Shown: piece after piece, positions 24,244 through 32,000 of the stretch
How positions within the stretch are numbered: position 1 is the first letter of the stretch
How the letters are laid out: each line of letters begins with the position of its first letter
Origin: Halomicrobium mukohataei DSM 12286
GTDB lineage: Archaea; Halobacteriota; Halobacteria; Halobacteriales; Haloarculaceae
Direction of reading: 5' to 3'
DNA length: 32,000 nucleotides
NCBI RefSeq assembly: GCF_000023965.1
Contig: NC_013202.1
Location: forward strand, 300,001 to 332,000
Notes under the pieces: generated by a model
The model's input: only the letters and a program-made list of their open reading frames with translations
Database searches by the model: none
What the model was told of the DNA's origin: nothing
Program-made: the position numbers and the translations under genes

Positions 24244-25128
24244 TCACTTCCGTTGGACAGCGAACGTCTGCAGGAGCGGCCGGTGAAGCACAATCAAGAC
24301 GAGCAGTGGCGGCAGCAGGGCGATACAGGCACCCGCCATGATCAGGCCCCAGGGCGTCAGTCCGGCCTGTGCCGACCCCTGAAGGTAGCTGATCCCGACC
24401 TGCACCACCTGCGAACTCTTGTCGTTGACCGCGACGAGGGGCCAGAGGAACTGGTTCCACGAGTAGATGTAGGTGATGACACAGACGCCGGCGATCATCC
24501 CCTTCGACATCGGGATCAGGACCTTGAACAGGAATGTGGCCGGTCCAATTCCGGACATCCGGGCCGTCTCGACCAGCGAACTCGGGATCGACATGAAGTG
24601 CTGGCGGAACAGGAACACGGCGGTCGCACTGGCGATGTACGGACCCGTCAGTGCGAGCATCGTGTTCGTCCACCCCAGGTCCGCCATCAGCTGGAACAGC
24701 GGGACGATACGGACCGGTACCGGCAACAGCAGCGTCAGGAGGATGAACATGAACACCGCACGTTCGTAGGGGAGTTCGTAGTAGACCAGCGCCAGCGCCG
24801 CCAGCAGCGAGATACCGACCTTGCCGACGACGATGATGATGCTCATCACGAACGAGTTGAGCAGGTACGTGGTGAACTGGTACTCAGAGAGGACCGTCTG
24901 GTAGTTCGACAGCCCCTGACTCCCCAGGCCGAGGTTCGTCACCTCGTAGACCTCGGAGGTCGTCTGCGTGCTCATGATGATCGCGAGCAAGAGCGGGGCC
25001 GCCATCGCGACGATCGAGAGGATGATCCCGACGTGCATCGCCAGGTTGTCGGGCAGTCGCTGGCTGATCGTCCGTGATTCGTCGACGGGCGTTGAGTCTG
25101 TTTCCGTTGTAGTTGCCATCGTAGTCAC
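24244..25128 (-). CDS. ugpE: ABC transporter permease, UgpE-like
   Basis: 294 aa. Blocks LLNSFVMS, ASATAVFLFRQHFMSIPSSLVETARMSG and VITYIYSWNQFLWPL parallel E. coli UgpE ([51 protein letters not shown]; recalled from memory). Confidence 0.88.
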   Translation of the reverse strand: MTTMATTTETDSTPVDESRTISQRLPDNLAMHVGIILSIVAMAAPLLLAIIMSTQTTSEVYEVTNLGLGSQGLSNYQTVLSEYQFTTYLLNSFVMSIIIVVGKVGISLLAALALVYYELPYERAVFMFILLTLLLPVPVRIVPLFQLMADLGWTNTMLALTGPYIASATAVFLFRQHFMSIPSSLVETARMSGIGPATFLFKVLIPMSKGMIAGVCVITYIYSWNQFLWPLVAVNDKSSQVVQVGISYLQGSAQAGLTPWGLIMAGACIALLPPLLVLIVLHRPLLQTFAVQRK

Positions 25129-26018
25129 GCTCCGTACTGTGCGTGGCCCTCGGTGGCCCTGAGCTGGATGTACATCAGGATCGCCACGAGGGCGAACAGG
25201 ATAACGGACTCGGCGGACGCCAGCCCGTAGTTACTGAACTCGAACGCGTCGCGGTACAGCTTGAAGATCAACAGGTTCGTCGCCCCGCTCGGGCCACCGC
25301 TGGTCATCAGATCGACCAGCGGGAACGTCGAGAAGAACGAGTAGATCGTGTTCATCACGACGAGGAAGATCATCGTCGGCGAGATCAGCGGTACGTACAC
25401 CTTGTACAGCATCTTGAGCCGGCCGACTCCGTCGAGCTGAGCGCTCTCGGTCAGCGTCTCTGGGATGTTGTTGAGCGCGGCGACCATGAAGATGATGTTG
25501 TACCCCAGCTGCTTCCAGATGGCGACGATCGCCAGCACGGCAAAGGCCTGTGGCCCGCTGTTGAACCAGTCGAGCGTCCAGGGGGTCAACAGCTCGAGGT
25601 AGTGGGTGAAGATCCCGAGGTTCGGGTGAAGCAGGAAGTTCAGCAGGATCGCCGCCACGGCGGGCGGGAGCGCGTAGGGCCAGATCGCCGCGACGAGGTA
25701 CGACGACGACCCGAGGTCGACGTCGAACAGCATGTAGCTGATCAACAGCGACAACACCAGCGTCCCGATCACGACGACGCCCGCGAACAGGACAGAGACC
25801 ACGAAGCTGTTGCGGTAGGTCGACGACGTGGCCAGTTCCACGAAGTTACCGATGCCCGTCCACCTGAGATCCTGTCCGAGGAACGCCGACTCGAACAGGC
25901 TCAGCCGAAACGTCTCCAGTGACGGGTAGTACAGGAACGCGACGAGCACGACGATCGTCGGCAGTAGCAGCGCCGCTGCCTGGAGCTTGGAATCGAATGG
26001 TTTCGTCTGTTCTGCCAT
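25125..26018 (-). CDS. ugpA: ABC transporter permease, UgpA-like
   Basis: 297 aa. Blocks PYALPPAVAAILLNFLLHPNLGIFTHYL, IWKQLGYNIIFMVAALNNIP and SGGPSGATNLLIFKLYRDAF parallel E. coli UgpA ([68 protein letters not shown]; recalled from memory). There is a 4-nt ATGA overlap with ugpE. Confidence 0.88.
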   Translation of the reverse strand: MAEQTKPFDSKLQAAALLLPTIVVLVAFLYYPSLETFRLSLFESAFLGQDLRWTGIGNFVELATSSTYRNSFVVSVLFAGVVVIGTLVLSLLISYMLFDVDLGSSSYLVAAIWPYALPPAVAAILLNFLLHPNLGIFTHYLELLTPWTLDWFNSGPQAFAVLAIVAIWKQLGYNIIFMVAALNNIPETLTESAQLDGVGRLKMLYKVYVPLISPTMIFLVVMNTIYSFFSTFPLVDLMTSGGPSGATNLLIFKLYRDAFEFSNYGLASAESVILFALVAILMYIQLRATEGHAQYGA

Positions 26019-26047
26019 AGTTGAGCAATAAAAGTTCGCGCTCGCGG

Positions 26048-27454
26048 TTACTCCTCTCCGCTGTAGTTGCCGGAGTAGCTCGACAGGGTCTCCTGGACCT
26101 GGGTGTCCATCTCCGAGAGGCCCTCTTCGACGCCGACGTCACCGTTGAGGATACTGACCGAGATCTCCGTGTTGATACTCCGCGCTTCCGGGAAGACGCC
26201 CATGACCGCGCCACGCGTGGCGGGCGAGTCCTTGGTGTCCTGCAACTGATCGAAGGCCGTACGGAAGTCGGGGTTCTCCTCGAACCAGCCGTCGCTTTCG
26301 AGCTGGTCGACGGCACCCTGACTCACCGGGAAGTACCCGCTGTTGCGGTGCCAGCGGGCCTGCTGTTCGGGCTGGACCATGTAGGCGATGAACTTGCCGG
26401 CGGCCTCTTTTTTCTCGTCTGCGAGGGCGTCGGGCACCCACAGCGAGCCGCCGCCGATGACGACGCCGTTGTTGGCACCGTCCGGTGCGGGCAGGTACGC
26501 CGACCCGAGTTCGAAACCGTTCTCCTCGGCACCGGCCTTCATCGAGACCATGTTCGACGTGGAGTCCCACAGCATCGGGACCTGGCCCGTGAGGAACGCC
26601 TGTCGTGCCTCGGACCACGCCTCGATACCCGGGTTCAGGTACAGGTCGTCGTCGGCCATGCCCTTCCACCACTCGTAGACGTTCCGACCGGCCTCGCTGT
26701 TGTAGTAGGTCTTGTCGGCACGACCGGCGCGACCGTTCTCCTTGTTGAGCAGCACCTGGTCTTGCTTCGCGAACTGCTGTTCGATCTGCATCCAGGAGTG
26801 GTTCGGCCAGGAGATGCCGGCCTCCATGTCGGTCTGGTCGACGATCGTCTCTGCGGCGCTGCGCACGCCGGAGAGGCTCCGTGGCGGATCCTCCGGATCC
26901 AGTCCCGCCTCCTCGAACGCCGTCTTGTTGTACAGCATGATCGTGTTCGAGGAGTTGAACGGCATCGAATTGAGCTCGTCGTCGATGCGGTAGTAGCTCG
27001 ACACCGACGGGAGGAGATCGTCGAAGTCGACCGCACCGTCGGGGATGACCTGCTCGATGGGCGTGAAGGCTCCGCTGTCGAGACACAGCTGTGTCCCGAT
27101 CTCGAAGATCTGGGCGACGCCCGGTGGGTCACCGGCTCGCGAGGCCTGCAGGGACTGGTTGAGGTTCTGGCGGTAGCCGTCCTTGTTGACCGCGTTGACC
27201 GTCACGCCGTCTGTCTCCTCGGAGAACTCCTGAGCGAACTGGCTCAGCGTCTCGCCGAGCTCGTCACCGTGGATGTGCCAGAAGTCGAACGTCACGTCAC
27301 TGCTTCCGCCGCTGTCGCCGGTCGAAGCGCCGTCGCTGCCGCCGTCACCGCCGTCGCTACCGCCGTCGCCGCCGTCTCCGGAACAGCCTGCGAGTCCGAC
27401 AATTGTTGCTGCACCGACTCCTCTAACGTAGTCTCTGCGAGTTGGTTTCTTCAT
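26048..27454 (-). CDS. ugpB: ABC transporter substrate-binding lipoprotein (CUT1 family; UgpB position in the operon)
   Basis: Start re-set to the ATG at 27454. MKKPTRRDYVRGVGAATIVGLAGC is a Tat signal plus lipobox. A Gly/Asp/Ser linker (SGDGGDGGSDGGDGGSDGASTGDSGGSS) follows, then an SBP fold of about 420 aa. Confidence 0.85.
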   Translation of the reverse strand: MKKPTRRDYVRGVGAATIVGLAGCSGDGGDGGSDGGDGGSDGASTGDSGGSSDVTFDFWHIHGDELGETLSQFAQEFSEETDGVTVNAVNKDGYRQNLNQSLQASRAGDPPGVAQIFEIGTQLCLDSGAFTPIEQVIPDGAVDFDDLLPSVSSYYRIDDELNSMPFNSSNTIMLYNKTAFEEAGLDPEDPPRSLSGVRSAAETIVDQTDMEAGISWPNHSWMQIEQQFAKQDQVLLNKENGRAGRADKTYYNSEAGRNVYEWWKGMADDDLYLNPGIEAWSEARQAFLTGQVPMLWDSTSNMVSMKAGAEENGFELGSAYLPAPDGANNGVVIGGGSLWVPDALADEKKEAAGKFIAYMVQPEQQARWHRNSGYFPVSQGAVDQLESDGWFEENPDFRTAFDQLQDTKDSPATRGAVMGVFPEARSINTEISVSILNGDVGVEEGLSEMDTQVQETLSSYSGNYSGEE

Positions 27455-27481
27455 CTCCACCCCCAGAGTTGTAGTAATAGA

Positions 27482-27487
27482 ATATAA
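27482..27487 (-). promoter_or_regulatory. TATA-box-like element upstream of the ugpB-like gene
   Basis: Minus-strand ttatat lies within aaagaattatattctatt, centred about 31 nt upstream of the ATG at 27454. It sits in a locally AT-rich patch. Confidence 0.35.
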
Positions 27488-27895
27488 TTCTTTGGTAGGT
27501 TTATCATTCATGTTCGATCGTTTAGGTCCCAATTACCCCGCTGGCTACCAGTTACTGGGCCAGTGGTGGGAGGTTGCGTCGACGATGCCTGCGGACCGAA
27601 CCGGGACAGATGGTGTTGTAGAGTTGTCATAGATCGATCACGTCCGTGGACTCGGGCGACTCGGTACGACGGCGAACGCCGACGATGCTGTCATCACCCG
27701 AGAGTGGGCGGGATGGTAGTAAATGGATTTATAATAGGAGTCCCCTATCGGCGCGGTGATTCTATCGGGCAACGAACCGATACGTTCGGGTATTGTTGGG
27801 TATAGATCGTCCAGAGCGGAGCGTCGACCGTCCGCGGCAGTCGATCCGTCTCTGTCACAGCGCCGCGAGCAAAGCGTCGTCCGGGAGGCGGACCG

Positions 27896-29209
27896 CTACA
27901 GGAACAGAATCACGATGCCGCCGAAGAAGACGCCGACGGCGATGAGGACGACGTTCCAGATCATCACCGGCCGAACCAGGTCCCAGTCGATCGTCGCAGC
28001 GAAGACGACTTTCACCAGGATGCTCGCCAGCGTCCCGGCGATGACGCCCGCAATCGCCAGGTCGCTGCTGATCTGGTCGGTCGCGACGAGCGTCACCGCC
28101 GTGGCCGTCGCGGTGCCACTGGAGATCAGGCCGGCGAGGAACGAAGTGGTGAGGAACCCGTTCGCGCCGAAGGTCGCCTCGGCACCCGCAGACACCACGA
28201 GCACCGCCAGGAACAGGCCACCGAACACCAGCGCGTTCCGCAGGCTGAAGGGTGAGGTGAGCTGGGCCTCGAAGTCCTGGTCTAGATCGCTGACGAACAG
28301 CGACAGCCCGATACCGGTGACGGTGATCGCACCGAGCGGAACGCCGACGATGAGCGCCGTCTCGGGCATGAACGGGACGACGACGAGTGCGTTGCGAAAC
28401 GCCATCGCGGCGTTGCTGATGAGGATCGCGCCGACCGCGAGGCTGCGCAGCGACGGCTGCTGTTTCGCCCGCTGTGCCATCTCGGCGATCACCGCAGTCG
28501 AGTTGACGAGACCGCCGAAAAAGCCCGTCGCAATGAACCCGCGGCCCCGGTATCGCTTGACCAGCACGTAGTTGACCAGCCCGATCCCGCTGACCGCGAT
28601 GACGAGCAGCCAGACCGTTCTGGGCTCGATGGCGTTCCACGGACCGAACGCCTCGTCTGGCAACAGCGGGTAGACGACGAACGCGAGGATCGCGAACTCG
28701 GTGGCGCTTTGCATCTCCTCTTTGGACAGTCCCCACGCGAACTCGTGGAGCTCTCGCTTGAGCACGAGCAACAGCGACGAGAGGACGGCGATCGTCACGC
28801 TTTCGATGAGAAAGCCCTGCGTGACGAGGATCCCCACGCCGTAGGCGACGAACATCGAGGCCGACGTGGTCAACGAGAGACTGGCTTCGGACGCGGAGCT
28901 GAGGAGACTCTGGACGGCCAGCAGGACGCTCATCGTGATCACGAGCAACGCGCCGGCCACGAGCAAGAGCGGTTCGCCGGTGATCGAGAGGATCGCACCC
29001 AGAAGCGTCAGGAGCGCGAACGTCCGAATCCCGGCGTTCTTCTCGGACCACTCGCGTTCGAGCCCGAGGAACATCCCCAGCAGAACCGCGAGGCCCAACT
29101 GGACGACTTCGGGGCTGATCTGTTCGAAGGCGAAGCTCTGGCCGTCGAGACCGCCGATCTGCAGGACGGACAGCACGGTTCCGGCGGCGTCTGTCAGTGG
29201 TTCCAGCAT
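27896..29209 (-). CDS. MgtC/SapB-family membrane protein fused to a DUF4010 domain
   Basis: 437 aa and polytopic. The N-terminus LGLAVLLGMFLGLEREWSEKNAGIRTFALLTLLGA is the MgtC signature region. A long multi-TM C-terminal domain follows. Confidence 0.82.
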   Translation of the reverse strand: MLEPLTDAAGTVLSVLQIGGLDGQSFAFEQISPEVVQLGLAVLLGMFLGLEREWSEKNAGIRTFALLTLLGAILSITGEPLLLVAGALLVITMSVLLAVQSLLSSASEASLSLTTSASMFVAYGVGILVTQGFLIESVTIAVLSSLLLVLKRELHEFAWGLSKEEMQSATEFAILAFVVYPLLPDEAFGPWNAIEPRTVWLLVIAVSGIGLVNYVLVKRYRGRGFIATGFFGGLVNSTAVIAEMAQRAKQQPSLRSLAVGAILISNAAMAFRNALVVVPFMPETALIVGVPLGAITVTGIGLSLFVSDLDQDFEAQLTSPFSLRNALVFGGLFLAVLVVSAGAEATFGANGFLTTSFLAGLISSGTATATAVTLVATDQISSDLAIAGVIAGTLASILVKVVFAATIDWDLVRPVMIWNVVLIAVGVFFGGIVILFL

Positions 29210-29741
29210 GGTCCCTATCCGCGATCACTCCGGCTCGGAGACGCCCGCTCGTCGTTCGACCGTTCGATCCAGAGTGGCGCGTCGGCGTCCGAACGTCGCA
29301 ACGAACGCCGTCGGAGCCCCCGGTTTCGGAGGGGCCCCGGAAGTAAAGCTGCTCGGCGGCGGTATTTTTGACTCATACACTGCCGCTATCAGTATGGATA
29401 TATATTAACCTTTGTCTATGTTTGTCTCGGGAGACCAATATACCAGTCACCCGACGCACACTCCGCCCCGGTCGACGGATCGCCGCCAGCGGACCGACGG
29501 TGAGCGCTCGCGACGGCGGTGGCCGAAAGCGGCCGGCGGACGGACAGCGAGCCCCGATAGAGACCGATCTACGCATGACAGACCACACGAGACGACAGAC
29601 AGACGCGAACAGGGAACAGCCGACGGCTCCGTCCCGACACCACAGCCGTCGTGGACAGCGCAGCGAGCCACAGCGGTCGCTACCGCGGCCCGCGTCGTCC
29701 CGGAGCGGCGGCGACCGGCCGCCCAAGCGTGGAAACGACCG

Positions 29742-30986
29742 ATGAACTTCGAAGACCGCATCCAGCGGCGGTATCGCAGTCAGGCGGGGACCCAGCGCGT
29801 CGTCGACCGGGCGGTGCTGTCGCCGACGACTCACCTGGCGGAGCCGACCGGCCGCGGCCCACTGCTGGAGCTCGTCCTCGATCAGCTCGACCCGATCTTC
29901 GCCGGTGAACTCCCCCGGGACACGTACGTGTGGGGAGAGCGAGGGACGGGCAAGTCCGCCATACTGGCGGCGCTGGTTCACCATCTCGACAGACACCCGC
30001 GCCCGCTGGGCCAGCTGATTCGGACGACCGCAGGCACTCACTCCCCACCGGTCCCCGAACTCGTCTACGTCGATACCCACCGGACTGCGAGCGGGTTCGA
30101 GTTCTACGCGACAGTGCTCGACCGCCTCACAGACGAGCCGGCACCACAGCGGGCCGTCGGCATCGAGGCGGTCCGAGAGGAACTCGACGCGGTGCTGGCG
30201 GAGCGACCGGTCGTCCCGATCGTCGATCACCTCACGGCGTCCAGACACGTGACCCCGGAGCGAGTGGCGACGCTGTTCGACCGGCTGACCGCAGACGTCG
30301 GCTGGGTCGGTGTCGGCCGGTCGCCGCCAGCAGCCCTCGACTGGACGCCGCCGGCCGCGATCGAGTTCACGCCGTACGAGACGAGCACGCTGGTCGACGT
30401 TCTCATGACCCGCGCCGACGACGCACTCGGCCAGCACGCGCTGGGCCACGAGCACGCCCAGCGTCTCGCCGAGTGGGCCGACGGCGACGCGAACGACGCG
30501 CTCGCGGCGCTGTTCGTCGCCGCGGACGCCGCCCTGCGGGCAGAGAGCGAGCAGATCGAGGACACACATATCACCACCGGCATCGCGGACGTGCCCACTC
30601 AAGCGGTCTCGCTCACGCGCGTGTTCGCGCTGTCGGCGGACTGTCTGTCGGTCCTGCGAGAGCTCGTCGCGCTCGACCCCGACCGCCATCCGACCGTCGA
30701 CGCGGCGGCGGCAGCGATCGCCGACCGGGACCCGATCGACCTCTCGACGAGGACGGTGCGGCGGTTCCTCCGAGAGCTGGCGACGGACGGCGTGCTCGAA
30801 CGGACGCGCAGTTCGGGCGAGAGCCAGGCGGGAACGCCACCCGAGCTACTCGAACCGCGCTTCTCCCCGATTCTGTTCAAGCGGCTGTACGACCACACGC
30901 GGTCGCCCGGCGAGACGACCGCGGCGTCCCAGTCTGACGGGTCGATCACCGCGACAGCACCGTCTCGAACAGAGAGTGAGCGTTAA
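29742..30986 (+). CDS. divergent Orc1/Cdc6-like AAA+ protein with C-terminal winged helix
   Basis: Start re-set to the ATG at 29742 (MNFEDRIQRRY). The 110 upstream in-frame residues are Arg/Thr-rich and unlike a haloarchaeal protein. Walker A reads YVWGERGTGKSAIL. The Walker B position reads VVPIVDHL (Asp-His rather than Asp-Glu). The C-terminal wHTH reads LSVLRELVAL...STRTVRRFLRELATDGVLER. Confidence 0.72.
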   Translation: MNFEDRIQRRYRSQAGTQRVVDRAVLSPTTHLAEPTGRGPLLELVLDQLDPIFAGELPRDTYVWGERGTGKSAILAALVHHLDRHPRPLGQLIRTTAGTHSPPVPELVYVDTHRTASGFEFYATVLDRLTDEPAPQRAVGIEAVREELDAVLAERPVVPIVDHLTASRHVTPERVATLFDRLTADVGWVGVGRSPPAALDWTPPAAIEFTPYETSTLVDVLMTRADDALGQHALGHEHAQRLAEWADGDANDALAALFVAADAALRAESEQIEDTHITTGIADVPTQAVSLTRVFALSADCLSVLRELVALDPDRHPTVDAAAAAIADRDPIDLSTRTVRRFLRELATDGVLERTRSSGESQAGTPPELLEPRFSPILFKRLYDHTRSPGETTAASQSDGSITATAPSRTESER

Positions 30987-31010
30987 GTAACGGGATTACA
31001 ACATCCGAGT

Positions 31011-31421
31011 ATGTCTCTGGATTCGACTGGCTACGCCGCCGTCGCGATGGTCTCGTGGGGCCTGTGGGCGGTGTTCGTCGAGCTCGCGATGTCGCGGTCG
31101 AGCCACCGACCGGTCCTGTTGCTCTCGTATGGCTTCGCCGCCGTCCTCGTCGTCGGCTACTCGGCGACGACCGGAGCGGGGTTCGACATCTCGGCGTCGG
31201 TGGTGGCGTTGAGCCTCGCTGGCGGCCTGTTTGCCGGCGGTGGAACGCTCGCGTACTATCTCGCGCTGGAGAACGGCGGGGTGGGAACGGCGACGACGAT
31301 CACCGCACTCTACTTCGTCGTCGCGGCCATCATCGGCGTGACGCTGCTCGACGAACCGCTGTCGGCCTCGAAGGTGGTCGGCATCGGACTGGCGGTCGCG
31401 AGCGTGGTCCTGATCTCCTGA
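31011..31421 (+). CDS. small EamA-like (DMT superfamily) membrane protein, single-domain
   Basis: 136 aa with 4-5 hydrophobic helices. It ends ALYFVVAAIIGVTLLDEPLSASKVVGIGLAVASVVLIS, typical of an EamA-domain C-terminus. Confidence 0.68.
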   Translation: MSLDSTGYAAVAMVSWGLWAVFVELAMSRSSHRPVLLLSYGFAAVLVVGYSATTGAGFDISASVVALSLAGGLFAGGGTLAYYLALENGGVGTATTITALYFVVAAIIGVTLLDEPLSASKVVGIGLAVASVVLIS

Positions 31422-32000
31422 CGCGGAGCCCCGACGTCGTACTCCCGGCGGCCGAACGTCGTCGTGTGGTCGATCCGGTACGGGCCGACACTACTCCGTC
31501 GGGGCCAGAGTGTGATGTCTCTCGCAGTCGAGCTCGCGATCGTACACACTCGACCCCGAAAGCGGCTGTGATCCCGCATCGACGGACAGAGTGAAGCGAA
31601 GAGAGGAGATTCGAGAGTCGAATTTCACCGCTCGGTACAGAATCCGGTGTCGAATTTGCTGTTTCCCATATTCGCCCATACGGATGGGATTCTATGCGTA
31701 GAACTGCGACAGTGTAGACGTATTCTAGTATACACTCGTATCCCACAGTATTCGGCGGTGAAATGTCCCTTCACACATTCGGCTCTCGAAATCTGCGTGC
31801 GTTCTCTCGGGTCGTCCAGAAGTGCGAGTCCCTCAATATCAGCGCGGCGACGTAAACAGCGAATGTGATCACTGTGTCTTGGCGAACTGGTGTAAATGCG
31901 ACCGCGGTCGGAAGAAAAACATTCGTAGAATTTAACCTGTTGCCGCGAATTAGGTGAAACGATATGGGTGGTCAACAGTTCGTAACGGAGTTCTCGCTGC

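Noticed and set aside
24239-24673. N-terminal 145-residue extension of the ABC ATPase ORF
   Set aside because: It overlaps the UgpE-like permease gene in another frame and is Arg/Pro-rich. The canonical ABC N-terminus (MARIQLTDLEK) starts at 24238, 5 nt after the permease stop.
27305-27380. Short tandem GC-rich repeats (gccgtcgct/gccgtcacc/gccgtcgcc units)
   Set aside because: They lie inside the binding-protein gene and encode its post-lipobox Gly/Asp/Ser linker (GDGGDGGSDGGDGGSDG). This is coding low complexity, not a CRISPR array or a regulatory array.
26021-27487. 488-aa plus-strand ORF
   Set aside because: It is antisense to the substrate-binding lipoprotein gene and has no motifs.
9829-27789. 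Recurrence of CGAACG/CGTTCG-containing dyads at several intergenic sites (9829-9840, 16245-16264, 20741-20774, 27771-27789), considered as a possible shared regulatory motif
   Set aside because: The hexamer is expected tens of times by chance in 32 kb of this base composition, and it also occurs frequently inside genes. The sites differ in spacing and flanks. Only the clustered array at the iclR promoter is kept as a low-confidence finding.
27563-27805. 80-aa plus-strand ORF between the ugpB-like start and the mgtC-like stop
   Set aside because: It is Cys/Arg/Trp-rich with no coding-like third-position bias. The region is more likely promoter or leader DNA for the ugp-like operon. A TATA-like tttataata (about 27729-27737) with a repeated ctatcgg (about 27744-27750 and 27762-27768) is noted there, but no downstream gene exists on that strand.
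29729-29736. ORB-like core GTGGAAAC just upstream of the orc-like start
   Set aside because: It is a single copy with no adjacent G-string and no inverted partner of comparable quality. That is insufficient to call an origin recognition box, so it is mentioned only as weak evidence.
29373-30689. 438-aa minus-strand ORF
   Set aside because: It is antisense to the Orc1/Cdc6-like gene, highly basic and without motifs.
31625-31975. 116-aa minus-strand ORF in the low-GC tail
   Set aside because: The product is basic and Cys/Arg/His-rich, and its codon usage is unlike the other genes. It has no motifs and no promoter-like context.

Overview
GC-rich window (roughly two-thirds G+C by eye, not computed). 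The encoded proteins are acidic, and together with archaeal markers (ABCE1/RLI, Sec61-beta, FAU-1, Orc1/Cdc6, Tat-lipobox lipoproteins) this points to a haloarchaeal chromosome. I support 27 protein-coding genes. I found no rRNA, tRNA, CRISPR array or IS/transposase. Many long ORFs in the supplied track are antisense shadow ORFs typical of GC-rich DNA, or upstream over-extensions of real genes; I re-set several starts by reading the sequence.

Layout:
- 1-11.1 kb: housekeeping genes. These are ABCE1 (partial), thioredoxin, Sec61-beta, FAU-1, a secreted LVIVD propeller, a LOR-family protein, bacterial-type UvrA and an MFS transporter.
- 11.1-12.07 kb: an orphan non-coding gap of about 1 kb with lower GC.
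- 12.07-21.6 kb: an IclR-associated catabolic island. It holds a xylose-isomerase-like TIM barrel, an enolase-superfamily dehydratase, a Gfo/Idh/MocA dehydrogenase, an HpcH aldolase, a CoA-acylating methylmalonate/malonate-semialdehyde dehydrogenase, a ThDP enzyme and an F420-type G6PD-family LLM oxidoreductase.
- 22.2-27.5 kb: a ugpB-A-E-C-Q-like operon.
- 27.9-31.4 kb: an MgtC/DUF4010 membrane protein, a divergent Orc1/Cdc6 paralog and a small EamA-like protein.
- From about 31.45 kb: a low-GC tail.

The most interesting item is the catabolic island. Its enzyme set matches the first half and the last step of the myo-inositol (Iol) pathway but lacks IolB/C/J. Three other enzymes could close the pathway non-phosphorylatively to pyruvate plus malonate semialdehyde. 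This is an inference from family assignments made by eye and needs computational and experimental checks.
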